A stretch of DNA of 64,000 bases from Octopus bimaculoides (GCF_001194135.2 NC_068998.1:2376488-2440487); one strand, 5' to 3'; shown: positions 1 through 44,689, numbered from the stretch's first letter. Notes: generated from the letters alone by a model not told the origin. Program-made: numbers and translations.

Positions 1-1429
1 GCAACAATAACAACAGCAACAACAGCACAAAACTTCTCAGCATTTGAGACTCAACTCTGCCGTAATCTCAGTGTTGCTTATTATTTGCTAGAGCTGTGTG
101 TGTGTGTGTATGTGTGTGTGTGTGTGTGTGCATATACGCCTACATGCAAAAAATGCTACATACACGCATACATATTCTCACCATCACCTGTAAAGATGTA
201 TGAATTTACATAGATACACATACACACACACATTGTGGTAGGTTCTTGTTGGATAATATTATCAGATATTATTATCGAGAAGATTTCACCCAAAAGTGAT
301 CACAATACCCGGCTTCTGACATGTGTGTGTGTGTGTGTGTGAGTGTACCATTTGTTCTGTACACCTGTGTGTGTGATTATGGTTGTATATATGTATGTGT
401 TAATTTGTGCTTTTTTTTTTTGTGGGTGGGGTAAATGAAAGAAAGGTAAATGGGTGGTGAGAAGCAGGTGGTGATGGTGGTGGTGGTGATATTAATGTTG
501 TTGATGATGATGATGGTGGTGGTGGTAGGTGTGATGCTAGTGATTGTTGTTGTTATNNNNNNNNNNNNNNNNNNNNNNNNNNNNNNNNNNNNNNNNNNNN
601 NNNNNNNNNNNNNNNNNNNNNNNNNNNNNNNNNNNNNNNNNNNNNNNNNNNNNNNNNNNNNNNNNNNNNNNNNNNNNNNNNNNNNNNNNNNNNNNNNNNN
701 NNNNNNNNNNNNNNNNNNNNNNNNNNNNNNNNNNNNNNNNNNNNNNNNNNNNNNNNNNNNNNNNNNNNNNNNNNNNNNNNNNNNNNNNNNNNNNNNNNNN
801 NNNNNNNNNNNNNNNNNNNNNNNNNNNNNNNNNNNNNNNNNNNNNNNNNGTATTATAAACAAACATCTCATCATCTCCACCACCACCACCACCACCACCA
901 CCGCCGCCACCACCACCTGTTCACTTGCATCATCCCCTTCCACTTCTACCCTCTTCACCCCCTCCATCGTCACAATTTTCTTTTCTCTCACCTTTCTGTA
1001 ATTTATTTATTACCCATCCCCACTCGCCCTATTACCTTGCCCTTTCTTCATCACTTTCTCTCTCTCTCTCTGCTCATACCTTTTTCTCCTCTCTATGCTC
1101 TCTCTCTCTCTCTTTCCCTCTTATAACCCATGTATCTGTATCGTACCCCCCCTCTCTCTCCCAGCCTTGCATGTTTTCTCTCCTATCTTTTTCTTCACTC
1201 TCCCCCTTTCAGCATTGTTCTTTACTCCCTCACACAAACAGATAAATTAGAGAGAGAGAGAGAGAGAGAGAGACTGATCCATTTTTCTTATTATTAATAA
1301 TTGGCAGAAGTTACGGAGTGACACAAGGACCAAAAGTGTTGCTCCTTAGGCGTCAATGAACGAAACTCTCAGGCGTTGAGTCACTCTGTAACTTCCACTG
1401 ATTGTTAATTAAAAAAGAAAAGTATCAGC

Positions 1430-1462
<33 letters not shown>

Positions 1463-1585
1463 CAACATTAATAATACACATGCAACACACACTCGCATGT
1501 AACTTCCGAATGTGTTGTCTGGTCACTAAAGGGGGATACTACATGTCCATGTAATGTGTGTTGGAGTCCAGTCTTGTGCAGTCTA

Positions 1586-1621
<36 letters not shown>

Positions 1622-1740
1622 CGATGAGGATTAAGGAAGGATTAAGGTGAAATGAAACAAGTCAACTGGAAAAATAAACATTTGCCAGAAACTCAGCTTG
1701 CTGGGGGCTTGTGGTTGTATAGTACTCTCTCTCTCTCTCT

Positions 1741-1775
<35 letters not shown>

Positions 1776-2639
1776 GTGGGTGAGTGGCATGGTTAAATGG
1801 ACATTTATATGATTGCAGACTTACAGGTTCAAATCTTACAAGATCTATTCGGTTCTACCACAATCAGAACCATTTTCCCAGGCTCTTTGTTGTTGTTATT
1901 TAGCCCTGAGTTGACCCCTCCCCCATCCCGCACTTGAGCGGATCTAATCAAAGGTATTCCAGCCATGACCTTCCCACCTTTTTTCAGATATACTGTATCA
2001 TAAATGAATATAGTGTCTAGCGAGTCAAGTGACCAGATAGAGGATGTCCCCAAGGAATTGTGTTGGATTAACAATGTGTAGGGATCTGGAGATCCTCCAC
2101 AAGCAAAACAAAAGGTAGTCTTTTGCAGGAGGTAGTTGGTTCTGTAATGAAAATGTCTCAAGCAGGTCAGCAAGCTTATGAAACTGGACCCAGCATCTGT
2201 CATCTATTACTGGGCCCTGAAATCCCTTCTCATTCGCAAAGCATGAGAACAGCAGCCCTTACAGGATTTTCAGAAGTTTTTGCTTCTCTTTTGAGATTGA
2301 AATAATCTGTGTGTGTGTGTGTGTGTGTGTGTTTGTGTTTGAGAGGTTGGTGAGGAGAGAAGAATAAAAAGAAAAAAACTGAAGGCCAAACTGGTGAAGA
2401 AGAAAGAGTGGAAGTTTACAAAGACGAACAGCTGTTTAGTTTTCTTACTCCAACCATTCTTGGGCAAATGTCCAGATTAACATAATAATAATAATAATAA
2501 TAATAATATGAAAATAAATAAGTAAATTACACAAAACCACTTATAACTAGCGGGTGTGGTGGAGTGGGTCATGTAGGAATTAAATAGTTGTAAAAGGAGC
2601 TGTACTTCTAGTTGAGATGATATTAGGGCTGAGAAAGAA

Positions 2640-2671
<32 letters not shown>

Positions 2672-2766
2672 AGTGAGTGAGTGAGTGAGTGAGAGAGAGA
2701 GAGAGTGTGTTTGCATCTGTCTTTCCTCAAGTGTCACTTCTGCTAACATTACATCTCGGAGACAAT

Positions 2767-2804
<38 letters not shown>

Positions 2805-3810
2805 TCTATCTATCTATCTATCTATCTATCTGCCCATCCCTCTACTTCTGTGTCTATCTATCTATCTATCTATCTCACTTTATCTATCTGTGATCCATCT
2901 AGCTAACTAGTTAGCTGCTGGTACATATACATGTCTGTGAAATACACACACCAGCCTTATGACCATCATCACCATAAATCCATTTAGCAGGGAGTGATTG
3001 TAGAGTGTTCCTCTTGATTAGTCTCTCTTCCTCTTTAACTCTTAACTTCCTGCATGACACAGAACCAAACAGAACTGCATGTGTCAGCCACTCTTGACAG
3101 TATCACAAAAACTATACAACCCTTGTTTGCCTTCATTTGGAAAGCAGTGTGGAATTCTCTAACGTAAAAGAGAAAATTCAAATTTCATCTTCTATCTTTC
3201 ATTTCTGTTGTATCACAAGACTAGCTTTCAGTCTTAGAATATTTTCAACAGAATATCAAGAGTTAAGTGTCCATCACTCATGAATAATTTTGTTTTATTT
3301 ACCAATGGCTTACTAGATGTTCAGCATTAACAGTTATCTCTTGTATCACCAGCTCTTTTTAGATCATTTTCTGCCAGTTCTTTGCTTCACCATTCTCTTG
3401 ATTACTTTCCATTCTTGCCACCAGAGATGTCCAAGTCATGTTCATTGCAGCCTAGAATGATCCAGTTGACCACCTACATGTCTGTCATGTCTTGCTCAAG
3501 TGATGCTTCTAGATGTATTCATAAATGGTCAATGCATTTGTCAATCCTTGTGTAATCACTGTAAATGAGTACCACCATCATACAAACAGTGTTGTTTAGT
3601 TCCTGTCTTCCATGGGAAATATTACATTGCCTGGAAACGAGTGAGAGTTGGGGACAGGACGGGCATCTGGCCATAGAAAATCTGCTTCATTGAATTCTGT
3701 CTGAGCTATGCAAACATGGAAGTGTGGACATTAACTGATAATGTAACCACATGTGAATTGTTGGTGATTTTCTTTTTCCTCCTTCTTCTTTTTCTATTGG
3801 ACTTTCCTCT

Positions 3811-3846
3811 GTTTCTGAAGAAGAGCGTCTGCTCAAAACGTAAAAC
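3811..3846 (+). ncRNA. Decayed minimal type I hammerhead ribozyme motif (Penelope-associated, dimer type)
   Basis: GTTT-CTGAAGA-A-GAGC-GTCT-GCTC-AAAA-CG-TA-AAAC: 4-bp helix I, intact CUGANGA, perfect 4-bp helix II, ACGU palindrome in place of helix III; G12 mutated to A. Confidence 0.55.
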
Positions 3847-4148
3847 CATCTTTCTTTCCTTCCCTGAGCATCTGCTAATACTTTACATGTACCGTGTTGT
3901 TGCGTTGTTGTTTTTTTTTTGTGTTTGTTCTTCGTTTTTTAGGGATTTACTATATAATATATATATATTAGCACCTATATGTGTTTAGGAGTTGTAATAG
4001 CTCCCACAGCATGGAAAGTAGATGTAAAATGATGATAATGATGATGTAAAATAATAATGGTAGTGGTGGTGACAATAATGTTGATGGTAATAATGAGGAT
4101 TTCCATTCATTTCTCTCTTTTTTTTCTTTCTTTTTCTTTCTTGTGCAG

Positions 4149-35798
<31,650 letters not shown>

Positions 35799-37278
35799 GA
35801 GGGGATAAGATTCTGCTGCTGTAACCACAGCAGCATTGTAACAGATGAAAGGAGTAAATTATAAGAATGGGACGGTTTTAAACAGTTAAACCATGGAACT
35901 ATTTGAATGTGAAATATATGTTGCAACTTTGAAACCTAAATTGACCACCATTTGAAGCATGGCGGCATTAGAAACTAATCCAAGAACCAGACAGCTACAC
36001 TTCAATACACACCAAAAGCACTTCCACAGTATAACAAACTATACTTCAACACTACACAACACCACACTTGTACAGTGGACCATAGTACACTGATACTATA
36101 TACTACAACCTGTGCTACATTACATTCTCCATGTTCTAGTCTTACAATGTTGTACACTCCACTTACACTCTGCTACACTACACTAAAATGCCACTCCATT
36201 ATCTCAAGGCTGTCACACTGCAATATTTCATCTCTACTCTGCTCCATACAGCTGTTTACATCAGCAGCAGCCGTGCGGTCGTCATCCATTTGCAACATCA
36301 AAAGACACAGGTACTGCTTTCAGTCGCGACTACCGGCAACAGCCACGCCCATTTCATTCTGCTCTAGCTGGGCTGACCAAGGTGGTGAGGGGAGAGATGG
36401 GTTGCCACACAACATCAACCACCACCACCACCACCACCATCCCACCAGTGTCCCTATTGTCAATATTTGTAATTAAAGTCACTGAACCAATCACCCACCC
36501 TCACCTTCCATGTTACCCAACACCTGTACCAAAATCCTGGGCACCACCCTCTCACCACCACCACCACCACCACCACCATCACTGTCAATACCGTCCTTAC
36601 ACCAAACCCTCCACACCACCACCAACATCAGCATCAACACCAGCACCATTACCAACACCACTGTCCCTGCCAACCATCACCAGTATCATCATCATCATTG
36701 TCACCTCCACCACCACCACCGCCACCACAGTAATTAATNNNNNNNNNNNNNNNNNNNNNNNNNNNNNNNNNNNNNNNNNNNNNNNNNNNNNNNNNNNNNN
36801 NNNNNNNNNNNNNNNNNNNNNNNNNNNNNNNNNNNNNNNNNNNNNNNNNNNNNNNNNNNNNNNNNNNNNNNNNNNNNNNNNNNNNNNNNNNNNNNNNNNN
36901 NNNNNNNNNNNNNNNNNNNNNNNNNNNNNNNNNNNNNNNNNNNNNNNNNNNNNNNNNNNNNNNNNNNNNNNNNNNNNNNNNNNNNNNNNNNNNNNNNNNN
37001 NNNNNNNNNNNNNNNNNNNNNNNNNNNNNNNNNNNNNNNNNNNNNNNNNNNNNNNNNNNNNNNNNNNNNNNNNNNNNNNNNNNNNNNNNNNNNNNNNNNN
37101 NNNNNNNNNNNNNNNNNNNNNNNNNNNNNNNNNNNNNNNNNNNNNNNNNNNNNNNNNNNNNNNNNNNNNNNNNNNNNNNNNNNNNNNNNNNNNNNNNNCC
37201 CCCCCCACCACCACCACCACCATTCACACCAGCCAACAAGTGGAGAAAGGGAGTTGGAGGTGGGGGGGGGGCGGGTTT

Positions 37279-37470
37279 AAGTGGTCACTTGACCAGCTAA
37301 AAATAACAACCAAATCTCTCAAATTACGCTGTCCTTTTGAGAAGTTGAAGGCCACATTGGACAATGTAGCCTTACATTCCCCCAAAAAATTAGCAAGAGG
37401 GTCATGGTTGGAATGTCTTTGATCATAATATAGGTCTTTTTGATCAGAGTTGACCTGGGGTTAAATAACC
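37279..37470 (+). mobile_element. Dispersed SINE-like repeat family F, (AAC)n-tailed
   Basis: Motifs ctagaaatagcagccaaatctc and tttgatcataggtct..gatcag..tgacctgggg recur at about 1887-1985 (-), 11590-11675 (+), 22381-22500 (+), 41712-41780 (-) and 54080-54190 (-). Confidence 0.55.
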
Positions 37471-39034
37471 ACCCTCACTGTTTTTCGATTATAAAACTTA
37501 CTCCTCCTCCCCTCTCTCTCCATCTCTCTCCTGTTCCTTGTTCCAAATACAAAAGTCGATATCTGGACACAAATCTTTCATTTCTTTCTTTCCAGCTTCT
37601 CTTGTATTCTTCTTCACTCACCTTCTTCTCTGTTCTCCTTCACTTTGTATATTTATTTATCAGTAATAAGAAGGAGAAACATCACTGCATCACCAAAAAC
37701 ACAACACCCCCCCCCTCACACACACACTATGTCAACCTCCTGTTCATCAAAAGTGCAACTCACTGCTGGTCACCATCCACCTCTGTCTGCCCATCCACCC
37801 ACACAATATCACAAGGTTCCACCTCTTCCTTTTTTTAATTTTATTTTTAATATTGCAACATCTCAAAAATATTTACTAAGCTGCATCTGGCTATCACCTT
37901 TCTCCCTGTAAAAATTACTGGTACATATTTTTATATAGACATATTTTTATAGCTGACCTTAACAAAACGCTGAACTCAGAACCAGGTCTGGTGCTATTTT
38001 TTCATCTCTTTCCTTAAATAAATCTGATTAGAAAGACAACAACAAAAAGGAAGAGAAAAAAAAATCAAATAAAAAAAAGATAGATGAAACAGTTCTTTGG
38101 AGTTTGGATTCAAGGCTGTTCTGTGAAAGGTGAATGTAGGATTCTGTGAGGGTGGAAGTAAAATACTAAAAACAAAAGCAGATAGGGTGGGTGGTGGGGT
38201 ACAGCACTGCTGCTGGGTGAGTTTGTGTTGTGGCATGGCATGATTGTCTTCAATTCCTCCTCTTCTTTGTAATGTTTCGCTATTTTGAAAGCAATTTTTG
38301 TTTCTCATTCATTGCATTCTTGCTTCTTGTCAGTGATATTTCCATTTCTTTAGAGGTGAATGGGGATATGGGTGGGTAGGCACTCTTTTTTTTTTTCTAA
38401 CTCTACTGATCACATGACATCATATGACCTTACCAATGACGTCAGCCTCTCTCTCATAAAGAACTCAGTCACTTATTTTTGTGAGTTAGCATGAGGTTTA
38501 GAGGAACAGTTATAAGTAGATTAAACATGCTGTAAGATCCAATTAGGGGCATAAAGCACACCTAATGACCCAGTGATGGGGAGATTAGGGTTATTACAAC
38601 GACCAATAACAAATTAATTCACCTATAGGGTCCAGTTAAGGATATGCAAGACCAAACTCAAAGCCCAGTTTGTGAGACTATTCGCAGACTTGTTTGCAAC
38701 ACACCTACCACAGCTGGAACTGTTCCATGCAAGAACCATCAGTCAACAACCTCTGCAGTTTTATGCTATAAAAGTCATATCTTGTGATACAGTTTCCTTG
38801 TTATCTTTTTTTGGGTGAGCTCTTGTAAAGGAATCTTCTGACGTAGGTAGAAAGTTTCAGATTTAGAAGTAAGGCACTACACTGTGTTTCAATTGTCTTC
38901 CGGTGTCCCATTCCTGCACACACATACGTGTGTGTTTGGTGATAGAAACAGGAAAGTAGAACTCTAAACATGAGAGTGAATATATATATTTTTTATTTTT
39001 CAACAGAAGTTAGTGATTCAAGGGCATTATGTGT

Positions 39035-39111
39035 GTGTATATATATATGTATATATGTGTATATATGCATATATCTATATGTATATATATATATATATAT
39101 ATAGATATATA

Positions 39112-39199
<88 letters not shown>

Positions 39200-39200
39200 A
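39035..39200. repeat. Long (TA)n/(TG)n microsatellite, representative of dozens of (CA)n, (TA)n, (CT)n, (ATCT)n, (CAT)n, (CAC)n and (AAT)n tracts in the window
   Basis: Direct inspection. Confidence 0.95.
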
Positions 39201-40389
39201 TGTATATGTACACCTACACATTTCCTTAGGCCGAGCTTGAACTCAGAACTTTATTTCTAATGTTAGGTTCCAACATTAAAACCTTGAATTAGAAAATGTA
39301 TCTCTACATCCCACAGTTCAGGCAGCAACTAGTCACTTATCCATAAACATAATTCTACCACAATCTTTTAATCAATATTTCATCTTAGTTCAATAATGTC
39401 AGCCGCATTGTGCCAAAAATCACATGATGGACTGACTCTTCTTTATAATCATTCCTCTGTAGACAGTCTTTCAGAGTCTTTATTCTGCTGCTTAGTCTTG
39501 TAATAGAAACTTCACACCAGAGTGGGATACAATTCCTGTTCTAAAACCATACACATTCTTGTATTCCACAGTTTGATGTTTCACTTTTTGATCAAAGATT
39601 TTTCGATGTTCTCCAATAATTGGTTCCTAGATTCCAAAATCTATCAGAGAATACAGACATTGGGAAAATGATGTAGATAGAAGAAAAATTGGGGTTGGTG
39701 GGAGGGTGACAGTCAAATCCGTGTCTACAGCGCCACTCATAAGTCATTTTTGGTTTTTCAGAGATGTGGGTTGAGTTGCAGTTCTATACCTGCCTAGAGA
39801 GATGTATTACTAGTTTCACAAATTGCATTGTGGTCATACTGGAGTTCCAATTTCTATTTTTAGTACAGCCAATTACATTGCCCCCCACCTCTTATTTCAT
39901 TAACTTTGTAAAACATGAAAGGCATGGTGGCCTCCAGCAGGATTTAAACTGGGAACATAAATGGATCATTACACAAATACCACAACTTAAATTGTTCAAT
40001 GCTTTACTGATTATGCCCTCTGCCAACTATGTACAGCTGGATTTATTTATATATATATATATATATATCCATCCCCCCAATTTCTCATACAGTCTTGTGT
40101 AGCTTCGTGTGTTCTCACCCAAGATAAGTACCAACATTCCCATGTGGCAGGCTTGATAGTTGTGAAGGGATAATCTGCATGAAACCATTGGTAGTTTTGT
40201 TAGCTCACAAATAAAGAACATTTATTCACCAATGAGGTTTTGAACACTCATTCTCACTGTTCGATACTAGTGTGTGTGTATGTATGTATATACACACATA
40301 CTGATGATACCAGTAAATGCATATGATGGCAGCAAGAGATGTGTGTGTCTATGCATCAACCTGAATATTGTGTCTAAACATCATTTCCA

Positions 40390-40595
40390 CACCAAACATA
40401 ATGCTATGCTTCGTTGCATTTCTTCCAGTTTATTTTCTGAGTTCAAATTCTGCCGAGGTCAGTTTTGCTTTTCATCCTTTTGAGGGGGGACAATGAAATA
40501 AGTACCAGTTAAGTGCTGAGGGAAGGGGTCAATGTCATTGACTAGGTTCCCCAACAAAAAAATTTTAGGGCCTTGTGCCTATAATAGAAAGGATT
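40390..40595 (+). mobile_element. SINE family B copy
   Basis: ttctgagttcaaattctgccgaggtc..ttttcatcc..aagtaccagtt..gggccttgtgcctataatagaaaggattattat. Confidence 0.7.
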
Positions 40596-41977
40596 ATTAT
40601 TGTTAGTATTGCTGTCAAAAATGATATCCCTGCAATTCCCTGTCCAATCTCTTCCCCACTGCCAATGTTCTGGGAACACTAATCGACCAATCGTTAAAGG
40701 GGTCATAGGTCAGTTAAATCCCCCACAGCCCCACCACCACTCTTCACCCCTGACCCAGAAGGACATCATATTGACAGAAGCAAAACACACAACAACAACG
40801 TTAATTATCTGCTGTAATTTATTTTTATTTATTATTTTATAGTACTTTTTTGTTTTGTGTGTGTGTGAAATGGTGTTGGAGTCTGCGGCGGGGGGGGGGG
40901 GGAGTTGTGGCCTTCATGCTGCTGAAAGTGAAGGAGGAGGATAAGATCGGTGGTGGAGGGGTGGGCTCCAGGGCATGCACCGCTCTAAAATCAAAATCAA
41001 AAACAAAGACAAAAATTTGTAAATATATATATTTGTGTGGTTGTATATAGATTTAATTTAAATGAACTACTACTACTATTATTACTACTACTACTACTAC
41101 TACTACTACTATTACTACCTGCTGAACTGACAATGATGATGATGATGATGATGATGAATTCGTTTAGAGCGATCTAAAGACTATGATGTAATAACAATGA
41201 CAATATCATCTCTGGTGAATTTAATGATTTCTGTAATAAAAGAAAAAAAAACATCATTTTCCATCTGATTCTACAAGAAATGGTTTTCTGTTTTTCTTTT
41301 CTTTTTCTGCTGTTTTTGTTTTTGTGTGTATGTTTGTCATATTACTGTTTTATTTGCTGTTTATTTTTTTTTATATAAATGTGATTTTTATTATATTTTT
41401 TGCATTATTATGAAATATTCTCCTGATCATCATCAACATTTTAGCACGTGAAATGCTGATGATGATGATGGTGTCAATGAGATGGTGGTCGTGATTTTTA
41501 ACACCATTTTGTCTTTTATCTCTTCCAATTACTGCAGAGGTAGAGTGAGGTGTTATAGTTAAGTTTGTGCCCCAGAGGACTGTTGGTGATTTCATCTTAA
41601 TCAATAAAGAAGGGGGTCAGTGCCTAAGATGGCCCATTGTGCAGTTTAGCACACAACGCACATAAAAGAGAACTCTCCGGAGTATTTCGTTTGTCCTCTG
41701 TTTTTTTAAGAGAGTAGATTGTGATTTGAAAATTTTACTGCTATTTCTAGCAGATCGAACAACCATGTAGAGGCTCTCCATCGTTGCCTTGTCTCCATGT
41801 CTGTTGGTTCAAGTCATGGCCATGTTGTAAGTTAGTGACATAGACTATAAATAGCGCACGGCAGTTGTGCTTCCTATGCTTAGTGTTGGCCATCCTTGGA
41901 TGTCGAGTTAATGGTTTTGTATGTAAATTGTTCACCAGTTATCTCCCTTACAATGTGTTACGTAGAACCGCAACGAT

Positions 41978-42232
41978 TTAACTCTTTCGCATTCAAACTT
42001 CGTCAAATGTAATCCTTATTTATCCACGTTGTTTTGAATTAATCCTGTATTATCTCATAGCTTCAAGATTTCGATGAGGTGGTTGTTTATTGTTAGAATG
42101 ACATTGTAGGGTAAGTGTGAGAGACCACATGTGGTCGGTTTGAACATAAAAATGGCATATTTGGTCAGATGTGGCTTGTTTGAATATGAAATGAGTAGAA
42201 TATTTTGGCCAGTTTAGATGTAAATGGGTCAA
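41978..42232. mobile_element. Degenerate piggyBac-type MITE
   Basis: Left end TTAA-CTCTTTCGCATT and a degenerate inverted right end (atgtaaatgggtcaa); no coding capacity. Confidence 0.4.
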
Positions 42233-42914
42233 GCAAACGAGGTCACAAGAGGCAATACATTCTTTGTAATTTACTGTGTCTTATTCATTGAACAGTGTAT
42301 GAATTAATGAAACCACATTTTCCAGCATCTTGTATCAGCTTAGTTAATTTTTTGTATTTAATAGCACAAAGAAATATTCTTCTGTTTATATATATATTAA
42401 AGCTCCAACATCTGGCGACAGTCTTGATAGACAGCCACAAGGTCATCCACTAATCTTTCCAGCAACAACCTTGGGCAATTTATTCAATTACATGTATCTA
42501 ACACTCATGGACATGCTTATAAAATCAAAACACAACACACCACCCATGACTTTCAGAAACATTTTTTCATGCTCAGAATTACTGGTCCGTAGAATAAACT
42601 ACCTGCACCACTTGTTACCTGTCGAGACACTACATCCTTCAAAACTTCCATGCTTTTTGAAACGATGATGATGATGATGATAAGAACCTCTTAACTTCTG
42701 TGGAAAGGATGCTTAATGCTCTGAGATAAACATCTTGGAAGGACACATTGAATAATGTAGTCCTTGGTGCATTCATTACAACGTTTTGACCACATGAAAG
42801 TTAAGTCTTATCATCGGGGTCTCGCTGATCCTTTCTAACATCAACAGAAAGCATGTAATCAATGTAAGTATTGTCCTTTAAATTGTTTTTTTCATTGTCA
42901 CATTCTTTACATAA

Positions 42915-43087
42915 AAAGCACCCAGTGCCACTCTGTAAAGTGGTTGGTGTTAGGAAGTGTATCCAGCTGTAGAACCCCTGCCAAAACAAACCACTGGAGC
43001 TTGGTGTAGTCCCTGGCCAAACCAGCTCTTGTCAAACCATCCAACCCATGCCAGAATGGAAAACGGACATTAAATAATGATGATGAT
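42915..43087 (+). mobile_element. RTE tail fragment
   Basis: aaaagcacc..ggtgttaggaagtgtatccagctgtagaa..ccaacccatgccagaatggaaaacggacattaaataatgatgatgatg. Confidence 0.7.
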
Positions 43088-43453
43088 GTTCGATTGGAAA
43101 TGCTCAGATTGTCAGCACAAAAGAAAAAGAAGTTTCAACTTGGGTTATGGTCTTCTAAGACTATTCTTTAAAGTGTCAAAAATAAATCATTTTTGGTTCA
43201 TAGTTTGAACCAATTCTATGTGGGTTGCTGTTGGTAACGCCTGGAGTTGATTAAAAAATTTGGATGAATTCAGCACAGACAACCCACCAATTAATTTGGA
43301 ACAGAGGCAAATAAGTATTTGTCATTTGATTTTTAATAAATTTCATCTCCTCTTTCTGCACACTTTATTAAAATAAAGAATCAGAGATGAAGTTCAGGTC
43401 TCAGCTCAAACTTGAAAGTCCCATTCCCAATGTTCTTTTAGTATAGAACACAG

Positions 43454-43679
43454 AGATGCAGGTGTGGCAAGAAGTTTGCTTCCCAACCACATGGTAATGG
43501 TTTCGGTCCCACTGTGTGTCATCTACTTTAGCATTGGGCCAACTAAATCCACTCACAAAGCTTTGGTCTACATGAGATTATAGTAGAAGTCACTTGCCCA
43601 AGGTGCCATGCAGTGGGACTAAACCTGGAAGTATGTGGTTGGAAAGCAAACTTCTTACCACACAGCTGACCTGCATCTA
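43454..43679. mobile_element. Inverted pair of SINE A heads
   Basis: + head at 43454-43545 and - head at 43545-43679; the arms are reverse complements. Confidence 0.7.
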
Positions 43680-44554
43680 TATAGTCAAGATTACAAATAA
43701 GAAAGATCAGTAAAATAATTGATATCAGATTTGAATCAAATGCAATGAGATAGTTATGAAATTAGAGATCACATAAAACGGTAACTGAGATGCCAACAAA
43801 GAAGCTAATAAAAGGAAATAAAATGAGACAGTTTGGAAACAAATGATTGAAATATTATTAAATTGAAGGAATTGGTGAACATTAGGCAAGCAACTTGCAC
43901 GGTTTGGATTTCAAAAGATCAAGATCAGATTATGGAAGGAAACAATGGGGAAAGGTCCACCCCATGATTCAGCCGTCCTGAAAGGGACAGAAAACCTTTA
44001 ACGAACTTGCAGCGTACCTGTGGCATATCCTGGAAACACAAATGTAATTTGGTAAAGCAAGTTCTGATAGGAAATTCCTGGACTGGTGGGATCCCGAAAG
44101 AGATAGAATTATAAAATAGCAGATGCAAAAAGTATCTAAACAGAAAACTTAACATGCTATAATTCTATGCATGCGTGAAACATTAGTAGAGAAAACAATT
44201 TAATTTCACTTCTTGTCATAGGGTGGATGGAAAAGGAAGGGGTGTTTATTTTTTTCTTTTAAATTGAAATTTTACGAATGTTATTTTTTTTTTCAGAATC
44301 ATAATCTCCGTATTTTTCTACGTATTTCGCCCAACCAAAATTTTTTTTTAAAAAGTGAAAATTTTTTTTAATCGATGGGGAGGGGTGGGGGAGGAAAATT
44401 AAAATTTTGAATTGCTTTTTTTCTGCAGATTCAGAATCTCCGCCCTCGATATAGTGTGTTGCTGTACAAAAAAAACAAACCAAAGGGGGTGCGGTCCCTG
44501 ATCCGCCATGTAGGTATTTGTACATACATATCTATGTGTGTGTGCGCGCGCGCG

Positions 44555-44585
<31 letters not shown>

Positions 44586-44689
44586 TTTTTTTTCTTTTCG
44601 TGTTATGTTTGAGATATATAAATAAATATATATAAATATATATATAAATATCCCAAACTTAACCCGAAAACAAAAAAAATTATATTCTG

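Noticed and set aside
1995-2305. Unique, coding-like stretch upstream of RGL (ORFs 2123-2305 + and 1829-2203 -)
   Set aside because: In-frame stops, no recognisable homology, and candidate donors are out of phase with exon 4149.
39380-39680. Possible L1/Tx1 C-terminal relic (EESVHHVIF) on the minus strand
   Set aside because: Single short motif with many stops; unsupported.
35799-41240. Very long RGL 3'UTR ending at AATAAA 41235-41240
   Set aside because: Several earlier AATAAA sites (e.g. 38017) and a gap; cannot be decided without transcript data.
43960-44130. Minus-strand ttccag-GATATGCCACAG-gtacgc microexon-like signal and short open frames, suggesting a gene divergent from ADPGK
   Set aside because: No partner exons or recognisable protein; consistent with chance.
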